A stretch of DNA of 64,000 nucleotides from Takakia lepidozioides (lineage: Eukaryota > Plantae > Bryophyta): NCBI GenBank assembly GCA_030704615.1, contig CM060733.1, positions 186,001 through 250,000 on the forward strand, written 5' to 3'. Each line of letters opens with the position of its first letter. Positions within the stretch are counted from its first letter, which is position 1. The notes beneath the pieces were generated by a model. The model was not told where the DNA came from. It saw nothing but the letters and a program-made list of their open reading frames with translations, and did no database searches. Position numbers and translations under genes: made by a program. Positions 38,934-51,207 of the stretch are shown piece after piece.

Positions 38934-40809
38934 TGGTAAAATTCCACCAAACGCAGCAGCAACAAAGAACGCATATCATCAGCAGGAAAATCGCATATCA
39001 TCACAATACAACATCATTTTGAACCCCCAAGGATGCACCTTGAGAGGGACCCTGTATATAATCAAGTCTCCTGCTATGGGGCAGTCAATGCAATATGCCG
39101 GTAGGGGTTCCCACTCAAAAACGGGATGAGCACGATAAGGCATGAGATTGCTATGGTGGCGGGAGCCCTGGATAGAGAACCTATCCAAACTAACGCATAG
39201 TACATCCTCTGACTCATGTTCAACTTGAGGGAAGATTAACATTATTCTAGATGGAGGTAATGCGCAGGCTGTAAGTAGATGCGATTGAAGTGCACGCGAC
39301 CTACAAGTAAGATGGGGCTGATATGGTTCAGATTGTGACCCTCACAAACGCAAACACAATACCACTTACAGCTAGTTATCACTATACAAAGATTGCAACC
39401 TCCAAAACTCACACATGTATCACATAAATACTACACATGGCACTTTCTTGGAACTCAGGTGAGCAACATAGACAAATGAATGTGCGTGCGTAGTGAGTAC
39501 GACAAGAGCAAAACCAAACACCCGAATGCTGGAGGAAATGGCCAGGTTGCACGAAGATACGGAAATGGCGAGGTTGCACGCCAATACTGCCCGTGTCGCA
39601 CCCCGTATCCAACATGTTACAGGCTGTTGTGCGCTCTACTGCATTACATAACAACTGAAAGCATATCATGCATGGCTATCTCTGTACACTCAAAAATATG
39701 AGAAAGAAGATCGATAGCACGAATAGAACGTTAGGCCATTAGGGCAAAGGTGTATGGGCCACACTCGCAAACGCGCAGACATTTTGAAAATCTACGTTGA
39801 CAGACCACCCGACGACGGGTGACCCGCCGTCTCGCACACTCCATGCGCGAGACTGTTGTCTTGAAGCTTTTCATGCAACATCCATGGCGGACGCAGCCGC
39901 GCAGTCCATATCTCACGGTAGGCAGCTCGAACGACTTAGTTTTTTTCACCAAAATGGCATACGTAGCAACCTTTAGTGTCTCCTGCAACCCCTTTGCCCT
40001 TATGTGAATGTTACATTATTTTCTACATTTTCCAAAATATACACCAATGTAACTCTCTTCATGAAAAATCATCAAGCAGTTCATTCCTTCATAAAAACCT
40101 CCATATCATTGTAAAGTGCCTTAGGGAGTCTTGAAAGCTACACTTCTTATGAAAGGACCATAGCATGAAAATGAATAGAAGAAGGTCTAATGAATTAGGA
40201 TGTTCCAAGATAAAATGATAGATTTTGAAAATTTCTCACATATCTCATAAACTAATTCTTAGGGCTACACTGTGGTTTCCACGTATAACGGTGACCTTCC
40301 TACTGGACAATAAAATCCCTATGTGAATTGAAGTTTTCGACCACTCCAATTGATTCCATTTAGTCCACAACCTTACTTTGGACATCATACATACTTTTAC
40401 GTTTGGACTTCATTCAATGCTCAAATCTCCATGGATTCCAAAAAGAAAACCATTGTTGTTTTCAGCACAGAATAAGGATCAATGATTCATGTCTAAACTT
40501 TCAAAATGCACTTATATCCAACATCCATGTTAGTCCTTCTATGTGGCACTGCATTCACAGAGAGCTTGGGACGTCCATTTTGGGTGGACCGTAGCATGCT
40601 TTGACCCGCAATCAAATCCCAAGGACTAGAAGGGGGATTGATTTGGTGGCCAATGACTTGCAAGTTGAGTTGGACCACTCTTGGTTGTACATTGGGGTGG
40701 AAGAGAGCAAGAAGATGTCTCTTATCACCATCTAGAGACCATATTTTTGCTTGAGTAGAAGCATAGAAGTCAAGGACTTGCATTCTAGCTCTTTATTACA
40801 AACCCTAGT

Positions 40810-41170
40810 AGTGTATGCTCAGACTATACCTCTGTTAGTATACCAAACAAGAGTTTGTCCCTTGGACTATACCTTTGTTGAGGTATCAACATATATGAAC
40901 ATATATGAAACCTAATCTGAGATTATACCTCTGTTAGTATACCAAACATGAGCTTGTCTCTTTTACTATACCTCTGTTGAGGTATCACCATATGTAAACC
41001 CTAATCAGGTTAGACTTTACCTCTGTTAGTATACCAAACATGAGCTTGTCTTTTTTACTATACCTTTGTTGAGGTATCACCATATGTGAACCCTAATCAG
41101 CTCCGACTATACCTCTGTTAGTATACCAAACAGAACACTCATTCTCAGACTATACCTCTGTAAAGATATC
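40810..41170. repeat. Tandem ~95-105-bp repeats containing ACTATACCTCTGTTAGTATACCAAACA
   Basis: Motif recurs at ~40823, 40923, 41014, 41106, alternating with ACTATACCT.TGTTGAGGTATCA. Confidence 0.85.
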
Positions 41171-41189
41171 ATCAACATAAGGGATCATA

Positions 41190-44100
41190 GCAAGCTCCAA
41201 GGATCAACAATCCTTTGGAGGATTGTTTGGAAGTTATTTGAGGGCCCTTGGAGGATTGTTTGGAGGATCTTTGGGGTCCTTAGAGGATTGTTTGGATGAT
41301 CTTTGGGGTCCTTAGAAGAGTATTGGAGGACACTTCGAGGAGCTTTGGTGGACAATGTTGAAGAGCTCTTGAAGGATTGATCGAGGGATATTTGAAGGAT
41401 ATTTGCCACGGCCATCCAAGCGAGTGGGTAGAGACAGGAGGAAGAGTGGTGGGATGAGAGCATTCTGGGATTAGGAATTGCTTTAGTTTCTTCTCCCCGT
41501 AGTCTTTCACCCTCTCTGTAGGCCAAAACCTTTCCATAGGTGGAGGCAAGAGTCAGTCTGGGTTTGGGCTGGGGTATCTTGCAGGAGCGACACTGTGGAG
41601 TGTTTTTGGTGTGGGGGAGTTACTGTTTGATTCTTCTTGTGTTTGGATCCCCTCCACACCTGCATGCCTGACTGTGCGCCATGTTAGATTTGTGTGGGCG
41701 CTTGTTTTCATAGGAGGTTGGTCCGGATTTGATCACCGGCCAATCCTCGAGTATGTTGTCGGTGGTGAGGCTGGAGTGATGACCAGCAAGACCACCAGTG
41801 TTTCTTCTATGGTGAGGCTGGGTTGATGACCAGCAGACCATAGGAGTGCTTGCGGTGGATGTAGGTACAAGTGCAAGTTTATGTTACGAACCTAGCAGTC
41901 TAAGCCATAAGCCGCAACATGTTCTCTACTCGATTTATACCTTGTGGAAAGGGGGATTAGAGACATGTTCATGACCGGTTGAGTGCCAGTGTTTTATCAC
42001 GAAGGTGCCACTAGTTGCTGAGGGGAGTACCGGTACGAGCACTAGCAATACAAGTGGGTACATAAGACGAGGTGTGTGGTTTAGGCCACCTTCACCTTCA
42101 GTGTCTTCTGAGGAAGGTTCAGACTCTGAGTCAGGAGGACTCTCGCCGAGGGTGCAAGCCATTTCCGTGCCATTGTTGTGGGACACGATGGAGGAGATAT
42201 ATGGAGCTACCAAGGGGCCACGTAGATACTCTGGAGCTGTGGGCACCATCGAGCTTGATGACGTCATACAAGAGTTTAATAGTTGGTGTGATTTGCAGCA
42301 AATGCGCAATCCACAACTGTTTACGTCATTTATGGCATGGAAGGGGTTATTCCAGCACCTTGAGGGGCCGCCCATGGATGATTACCATGAATTTAGGCGG
42401 GGACATGCGGTGGAGATTGAGGAGTGACGAGAGTATTGGTCACCTAACTATGTCTTCATCACTAGAGGCACAAAGGCAGTGGCGACACCAGCAGCTACAC
42501 AAATATCTCCAACTGCAAGCACTAGTAGTGGGACAAGTGGTACAAGAGCTGGGAAATCCACTCCTGCTACAGCTTCAACACCCGTGCCTGCCTTTAACTG
42601 AGTTGTGGAGTTCTTCGAGGAGTTGAGGAGAAACTACCAAGGGATAAGGATAGAGAAGTTGCGAAGTTTGCAAGAGTTCCAACGAAGGCCTACTAAGAGT
42701 TTGAGGGAGGCTTACACTCGCATGAGGCGCTTGATAAACATAACCCAAGGGATTACAAAAGCTCAGGCAGTCCAGTTCTAGTATGGGATCCTGGACAAGG
42801 AGCTGAGAAGAAGGGTGTGGGATGCAACTCTCCTACAAGTAGCCCAACCCACCTTAGCAAATGTGTTTTTGCTGGAAGAGCGGATAGAACTCAATATGGT
42901 GGAGGAGCGGGTGGTTATGGTGGGATTTGGCAAGGAGACACAACAAAGTGGAGTTCCTAGCCAACAACAACCAACTCCCCAACGTGCTCAAGGCAACAAG
43001 GGGGCTCAGATGAAGCCTAGGGAAGGCCATAAAAGATCTCAGATTCAGAGGTCTCTCCCTTCATTCTCAGGCCAACAACAGACGAGTGTGTCATGTTGGG
43101 ATTGTGGAGGACCCCATGTCAAAAAGGATTGCCCGGAGAGAGACAAAGGGTCGGCATAGGCACAGCCTACACAACTACACTATGGGCATTGTGGAAAATA
43201 TGGGCATGAAGAGGCCATTGTTATGACTTGCATCCTAAGCTACGGCCAGGCCAATTCCAAGGGAACAATGGTGGCCGAGGACAAGGCAATGTAGTCCAGA
43301 GAGGTAGAGGAGGTAGAGGTCGTGGTAGAGTTCGTAACCAAAACCAAGGAGCACAGAGTTAGGGTCAAGGTCATGACCAAGGCATGGTGGATAGACTTGC
43401 CCAGCTAGAGCAACGTCTTGCTACCATGGCCACTACTCATGTTGCACCAGTTCCAAGGCCTGAGGTTCAAGCCCCACCTGCACAATCTCCTATGCCTAGG
43501 GAAGACCAGATTGGTATGGGCTTCATGTGTGGAGCCGCACTTGCAGGGCCATTGCATGTATTGGACTCTGCTGCAGCTGTCACTCGAGCAGCAACGCGTG
43601 CTCCTGAGCCAAGAGGAGCGGATGTGGATTTTGATCCACAAAGAGGGGAAACAAGTCGTCAGACAAGGCTTCCACAGTCCTTTACATTGGCTAAGATAGT
43701 GCCAACTACGCCATCGATGGAACCCGCTCGCCCAAGTGTGTCAGAGGTAGAGCCACGAGTGTCATTGGGGAGAGTAGGTGTGGCTCGGGAAATGCCAGTG
43801 GGTGGTGCTACAAAGCAAGGTGCAGCCAGTACATTGTTGGGGCCGGCTACGGCTGTTTGCCAAGCTCCATTATTTTCTGCAATGACCATTGCAATGCCGG
43901 GGATTCGGCCAGCTAATGCTATGTTTAAACTATCAGCTAGACTCTGTGAGAGTGGTGATGCATCGGCACTATCTGTGGAGATAACAGATAAGGTGCAGTC
44001 TATGGATGCTTTGGATTCGAGGGTGAAGTCAGCCACAACTGCGCCATGGCAAGCGGCAGCTACAAGGTTGCAGGAGTTGCCAGCTAGGCCAGCCATTGAG

Positions 44101-47010
44101 CGCAGCATGGTGACTCCTGGAGTAATCCTGGTGGACAATCAGGATGGAGTGTTGCAGTTGGGTGGTCCAACCGGGAGGAGATATAGGCCACTATGGGTCT
44201 TGTTGGACTCGGGAGCACAGCCTTTGATGTTGGGGAGAGCAACAATTGCAGGCTTGGGCCATACAAAGGTGGACTTGGAGCCTTGTTTTTTCCAAATTCA
44301 AACATCTTTGGGTGGTTCAGAGAAGGCGCGAGGGATTATACGCCATGAGCTCTTCATTCGATTGCAGCCGGATTATTCTATGGACGGCTCAGTCATGAGA
44401 GCTAAAGCCATTGTTACGGACGTGATGTCCTATAATGTGCTTGTTGGTGGGGCTGTGTTGTACCCCATGGGATTTACTCTGGATTTTTGGAAGGAAACGA
44501 CATCCTATAGGCTGGAGTGGCAGTCAGGGGATGGCCGACGTGCACTTCTCCCAGTGCGGTTTATTGGGAATGTAGCGGTGGATCATATGAACATGATGCC
44601 CACATTGGCTGCATTCTCAGGGGTTGTGGCTTGGGGTGGTGAGCTCTTGGAGGGCAATAGCCATGTAGATGATAAGCCACCATCTGATGAGGATAAACAA
44701 CTGGCATACAAGGCTGAGTTGCTTCCTCATGTGCATGTTCATATTCCATTGTGGGGTACGGTTGGGAATTTGCAGCGAGTAGCAGACGAGTGTATGCACC
44801 AAGCATGACATGAGGCCTTTCCATTGATGAACGAGGGGAGTTCAGTGACATCACCTGGACAAACTTGGAGTGAAGAGCAAACTGGAATATTGGCGCGAAC
44901 GTCAACAACAAGTGTGTTTTCAGGTTAGTGTGGGGGTGTTGCGTACGCAACGGCCTATAATTTGCATTATGAATTTTTATTATTTTGTGTTATGTCATTA
45001 TACGTTATTGCAATAAGGAAAATATAAAAATGGAAGAAAGAGCATCGTCGAACATATGGGTATAGCATGCGCAACACCCCTAGTCGAATGAAAAATTAAT
45101 AAGAGTATAAGAGTGATTATTATTTATTTATTTAAAAAAACCCAAAACGATTTTCTATACTGGCACATGGCGGTTCCACGCGAAGAGGGGCCGCTTGAAA
45201 AAAAAAAAAAAAAAAAAAAAAAACATGTGGCTGCGCCACGTTATTCTGTCACGTGGCGCAACGGGGACAAACGCCACCATACATATGAAAAAATCTTGGT
45301 TTGTGGATGGGACGTTGGCTGCGTCCGTAATGGTGCACACATGACATACCATTATGGTGCGTCCATTATGGTGCTCCATAATTGTGTTTTTTCTATAATT
45401 AATAGTGGTCATTCTTTTTTGGTTCCTATATAAGAGGGTCACCCCATATGCATGCTCATTTGCAACCGCCGTCCAAACTTGGAGAGCAAACTAGAGTAGA
45501 ACGTCAACAACAAGTGTGCTTTCAAGTTAGTGTGAGGGTGTTACGTACGCAACAACCTGCAGTTTGCATTGTGGATTTTTATTGTTTTGTGTTATGTCAT
45601 TGTATGTTATTGCAATAAGGAGAATATAAAAAGGGAAGAAAGAGCATTGTCGAACATATGGGTGTAACATACGCAACATCCAATTTAGGATCAAAATTCA
45701 TAGTTTCCGTTTGAAACTATGGAGACATTGTACCTGTTTATAATGTTTTGAATAAAAACATTAGGTTTTAAATGATATCAAATTTTCTCTCCCAAATTGT
45801 TTGTATATTTGTATTTCTGGTTTGACAAAACATGAATTGATGAAATTGAATAGACGTCATTTGTTTATTTTATCCCAATATTATTTATTATAATTATTTT
45901 ATATATTTGCGTGTATATGAGTATATATATGACATATATATACACACATGATACCATTACATTATTTTGATTGAATCCATTTCATATGTATATCTTTTTT
46001 ATGGTATGAAGATTAGATTTCATACAAGAAAATATTTTTAGTTGTACCTTTATTTCTGTTCATAGGCCTTCTAATATGCTCATGTCCACTTTTCTACCAT
46101 CATGTCCACTTTTTAACGAATACAGTGTTCAAGGAAATTTGCCTTGGTACCCTATAGAATTCATGGATGCTTGAGTGGATTAAGCATAGAGCCCCAAGGA
46201 ACACAAACCCTAGCTTGGTAAGGCTAAACCTCAAGGAAATAGAGGGGGAAGTGACTAAAGCTTAGGGAGAAATGGCTAAACCCTAGGGGGAAATGAACTA
46301 CTCATAAGGGAAATGGCTATTCCAAGGGGGAAATGGCTATTCCTAAGGAGAATACAAGGGGGAATGCAAGAAAAATACATATAGGCCCAGGAGAATACAG
46401 GGAGAATACTATAACATATTCTCAGGAATATTCTTAGGGAACTTATTGGGAACCTATTGGGAACTTGGGAACGCATTGGGAACATAATGACATATGAAGA
46501 GTCCTTGGAGGACTGTTTGGGGTCCTTGGAGGACAATTTGGAAGACCATTGGGAGTCCTTGGAGGACTGTTTGGAGTCCTTGGAGGTCTATTTGAAGGAC
46601 CATTGGGAGTCCTTGGAATACTGTTTGGGGTCCTTGGAGGCCAAGCTTTGATGACTTGTATGAGGGATTATTTGGGGTCTTGGAGGGCCAAGTTTTGGCA
46701 GGCTTTTGGGGCCTTGGTGTACTGTTTGGAGTCCCATTGTGCAAGCTTTGGGAGCCTTAGTGAGATTGTTGAAGAGACATCTTGAGGGCTCCTAGAGAGT
46801 TATTTGAGAGACCCTTGAAAGGTAGTCTTGTCTATTGTTCAAGCAAGAGAGTGTGGAGATAGGGTAGTGGGAAGAGCATGCTGGGATTAAGAATTGCTTT
46901 AGTCTCTCTTCCTTGTAGTCTTTCACCCTCTTTGCAGGCCAAAACCTTTCCGTAGGTGGAGGCAAGAGTCAGTCCGGGTTTGGGCTGGGGTGTCACTACA
47001 GGAGCGATAA
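41190..47010 (+). mobile_element. Decayed LTR retrotransposon (gag + aspartic protease; RT/IN deleted) with LTR-like direct repeats ~41190-41595 and ~46480-47010
   Basis: Gag region FNSWCDLQQMRNP...GLFQHLEGPP, zinc knuckle CWDCGGPHVKKDC and protease VLLDSGAQPLMLG. The two flanks share ...AGTCTTTCACCCTCT..GGCCAAAACCTTTCC.TAGGTGGAGGCAAGAGTCAGTC.GGGTTTGGGCTGGGGT. Confidence 0.8.
44868..45682 (+). mobile_element. Non-autonomous Helitron-like insertion with two ~210-bp direct copies of the 3' end
   Basis: 44868-45083 is similar to 45473-45682. The first copy ends in the hairpin GGGTATAGCATGCGCAACACCC followed by CTAG|T. Confidence 0.55.
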
Positions 47011-49104
47011 GTCAACTGGCAGACCCCTCTGCTGCAGCACACATTACCCCATGGGGCATTGAATTGGGTTTGAGATGGCTCTTGGACAGTGAATCGCATG
47101 AGCTCTTAGGTCAGTTGGTGGGAATTGATCTCTCTGATGATACCAGGTTTGTTGCTGTCGTTACAAAACTAAAAAGGAAGCTTGCACATTGGTGTTCCTT
47201 GCATCTGTCTCTCGTTGGTAGAGCTTTGATTGTTAACCAAGTGCTCTTGGCTTCACTCTGGTTTCCGGCTTCGGTTTGGTCACCGGGGTCTCTCATTATT
47301 AAAAAAGTGAAGTCCCTCATGATTTTTTTAATTTGGGGTGCTACTCCCTCAGCCTCCTCCAAAAGAGCTTTGGTAAGCTAGGACCAGCTGACACAAATAA
47401 AAAAAAAATGGGGGTTTGGGGGTGCTGGATCCCCAAATGCAGATCATAGAGTTACTTGCAAAGTGGGTTCCCCGTGCTCTTACACACCTTTCCAGCCCTT
47501 GGAGTCGGTTGGTTAGACAGAATTTTCTGGCTATGATACCTCGTTCTAGTGATAAATGGGCTCATTCATTGAGGTGGATCATGCAAGGTGGGAAGCTCAA
47601 TGAAAACCCTAGGTTGGATTCAAGGGCGTGGCAGTCAATCTGGATGGCATGGTGCAAATTGCATCCCTTCTTGGTTCAGCTAAGTCCCTCTTCATTCAGC
47701 CAGGTTTTGAGACAACCTCTCTTTGGGAATTACAACCGAGATAAAGAGGTTTTGATTCCTTGTTCAAAAGCGGTGGGCGGAATGGGAAGTTGCAGGTTTG
47801 GCCCACATCCTGCATTTCTGGGATGACAACTCTTCATCTCTTATCTCTCCTGAATTTGCAGCGCAGCAGCTATCGAAGCGAAGGGTTGATGCTGGCTGGA
47901 ATGTAGTTATGGGAGATCTCCCTGACAATTGGACAAGACTACTTGCTGAACCTCACCTGCAGCCTCTTCCCGACTGGTTAGGGTATTATGTGGACTCCCA
48001 ACCCAAGGCCATCTATGCAATTGCAAAGGATAACTCTTGTATACATGGTACTGGTTTTGAGGTTAGTCATGATGGTAACCTCCTCTATCCTAAGTCAGTG
48101 AGTATTTCTGAAAAAACACAGATCTTCAAAGATATCTGCCTTCCTGTGGAAGGTGGTTAACAGATTTTACCAGTGGCAGCCAATTTTGAAAATTCACCCT
48201 CGCAGTGTGTCTCTTGCAACCTGGCTGCTGATGAAGACATGAAACATGCCTTGGTGCTGTGCCCTTTTGCTAGGGCTATTTGAGACAAGGCCCTTCGTCT
48301 ATACTCCTTCTGGTCTTCCGACTTGGATTCCTCTCCCTCTGTCTTGTTACTCAACGTAAAGAATGGGAGAATGCACTGTTCTTGTCTAGTGTGGGAGTCT
48401 CTCTGCAGGGGGATTATCCTTTGGCAACTTTGGACAATGAGGTGTTGTGTGGTGTATCAGAAAGAGAGGCCGTGCGTGCAAAAAGTTCTTTATCTGGCTC
48501 ACTCAGACCTTAGGTCTAAGGCTCACAAAGCTTGGTGTCACAGGTAATCGAAGACCCCATCTCTTTGACAAGTTCGACAATTCTTGGGGGAAGGACTTTG
48601 TTTTCTGCAGGAGAATTGAAGACACAAGGATTGTGTGGGAAGACTCCTCCCCTGCCTGTTGGCAGCTCAACTAGCACTAAACAGACTCCACTGGAGAATG
48701 AAGATGTGGAAATAAATTGGAGACATAAGCGTAGTGGCCCTAGGAAGGCAAAATCAAAGGCTCAGCTTACTTATGAGGGTCCTAAAAGGAAAGGGGGCAA
48801 TATATAGGCTGTTCATGGCAGCCTTGGTCCTGCTCTCCTTTTTCTTGCAAGATAGAATTGACAGTTTGGTTTGGACATATCGGCTCTCTTCTAAATCCTC
48901 ACTTCTCCATGTTTTCGACTTAGCTAGGAAATTTTGATAATTCCTTCCTAGTCTTGATTCCTCTTCCCCTGTTTTTTGCTATGTTGGCTTTGAGTGGTAC
49001 CTCTGTAATCTGCCTTATGGCTCCCTGTAAGGTTATTTTTTCCTTACCTCTACTTTAATAAAATTTTCAGGGCTACAATCCCCTTGTTATGTAAAAAAAA
49101 AAAA
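47010..49104 (+). mobile_element. 5'-truncated L1-clade LINE with poly(A) tail
   Basis: W..LHLSLVGRALIVNQVL, GGLGVLDP, QPLFGN and zf-RVT CVSC....EDMKHALVLCPFA motifs. AATAAA at ~49057 and an A-run at 49093-49104. Confidence 0.85.
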
Positions 49105-51207
49105 GAACTATTCCGAATATAACCATATAACCCTAATACCGCAAATTAATGAGGCTAACATGATCACTGCTTACTGCAGTTTAGGGTTTCCATATCATAT
49201 GCCGACGAATTCTCTCGTTTGCAAAACCTATTTAGGAATTGAATGTATTTGTAAAATTTGACGATATCTCCGGCTAAACCTTTGTGGATAATAATTTTTA
49301 TAGTTTTTCTTTTGGCAAAACCAAAGATTGGTTCGCTGGTGAAACCACATGGAGAGTTCTAATATTGTGCTTATATACCCAAGATTTGGAGATTTAATGT
49401 AGATTTTGGCAAAACTCAAAGATGACCTCGCCGTGGCAAAACCAGTTTAAGAAACATTCCTATTATTATTGTCTTAACAAGGATATATAATTGAAATTAT
49501 ATATGATTTTTTAATTAAATTAAAAAGGAGCGGAGCCCAGTTAATCAAATTATAGGACGAGGAAAATATAACCTCGTGAGGGGCCATAAGACAATACAAT
49601 CGTGGGGCACCTCCCATAACACCTCAATGGGGAGCAAAAGAAACAAGCCATGGTTCACCAAAAAATCAGCTGCTAAGAACCAGACATATACATGATTGAT
49701 GTATTAAGTTAGCCTAACATGAAGAACGCGAAACCTCCAGCGTGTACTACATCCATCATGATACCACGGTGGATCAGCAAGTAATGAAACAGGTGGCAAT
49801 ACGAGTTCAGGGCCCAGCCACGGTTCCCAAAGACTCTTATATCATGCAAGGGAAACATTGCCCAAATTTGGGAAATTTCTTGGAAGGATTATTTTTGGGG
49901 CACATATTATAATCTTCTAATCTGGCAATTGGATAGGGCTGCAATTTTTTGAGGTCATAGTTTGGGTAGATGGCAGTAAATTCAACGGTCACTTTTACAG
50001 GGACTTAGAAATCTGGGAGATAAAAAAGATTTAGTGGGCCAGGGTCCTTTTTTCACAGCATGTCGTGAAAATGGCCCCGGACACTTAAGGATTAAAAAGA
50101 GGTTATTTTCTCCTCTCCCTGCAATTAACCCCTAAGCGCCGGGAGCCAAATTGAAAAACACCCCCAAAATGGGACCCACTATCATGAATAATCCCGTATC
50201 TGCCAACAGGGTTCATCTAGGGAATTGAACCGTACTAACTGGTTCTTACCTACTCCACGTAGGTGCTGACCAATTTTCAAAAGAAATGACCATCAATTTA
50301 GGGAATTATAATGAATTACCATGGTGGATCTATCAAGTCCAAGTAAATGTGGACAGGAAAAAATCATTTTGACCAAGAAAATTTACCATCACAATCTTTT
50401 TTGCTCAGTCCTAGACCACCAGAGACAGATTCCTTGCTTGGTTACAGGTCTCCTCCTGAAATTGGAGGACCAAATTCCCAAAAAATCTACTAGCTGGTTT
50501 GTATGTGCAATTAGGGGGGTGCACTTGGCAATGACATAGAAAATGCTGCATAGATCCTACACATTGTAACCAAATGCACTTTCCTTTGGTGCAATCCTGC
50601 AGTGCCCAAAGTTGAACAGGAATGTGATTTTTTTTTAGAAAAATCCAAAAGCACCAGTGTAGATGGGTGCACACAGTTACCTGCCATGTGGCAGGTCAAC
50701 GGCCCAGGCTATGGATTCCATGGCTTAGAAAATTCGTGGCGGCATGAGGTTTTGTCCAATGGGGGCGCATTAATTTCCCTCGTGCCCACCTCCACCCCGC
50801 GCTCACTTTTCCTTCAGGGACTTTTTTCATCCAAGTACATCCACGGAAGCTATCCATGGATGAAAACAGCTCCGACCCAATTCGGGTCGCGCCGGCCCTT
50901 TAGGGGTTAAGTCGCTGGGGCCGGGCATTTCCCTTTAAAAACTAAAATAAAATAAATGAATAGCTATAATTGATATCTAATCTAATGTTATTGTTAGTAA
51001 CTGAGGAGATCATCCAACAAGAGCTGGAAGCATTCATCCACGAAGGCTAGTTAGGAGGATTTTGAATGCAGCAGTCACAAAGGGGAAATGCCCCAAACCC
51101 TAAATCTGAACCCCCGAGATATGGCAGACACCTAATAAGCTTGCCGGAGCGATTATTCTTGGGTGTTGCATTGTCTCAGAATCCACCAGAGAGACGGACA
51201 GACAGAG

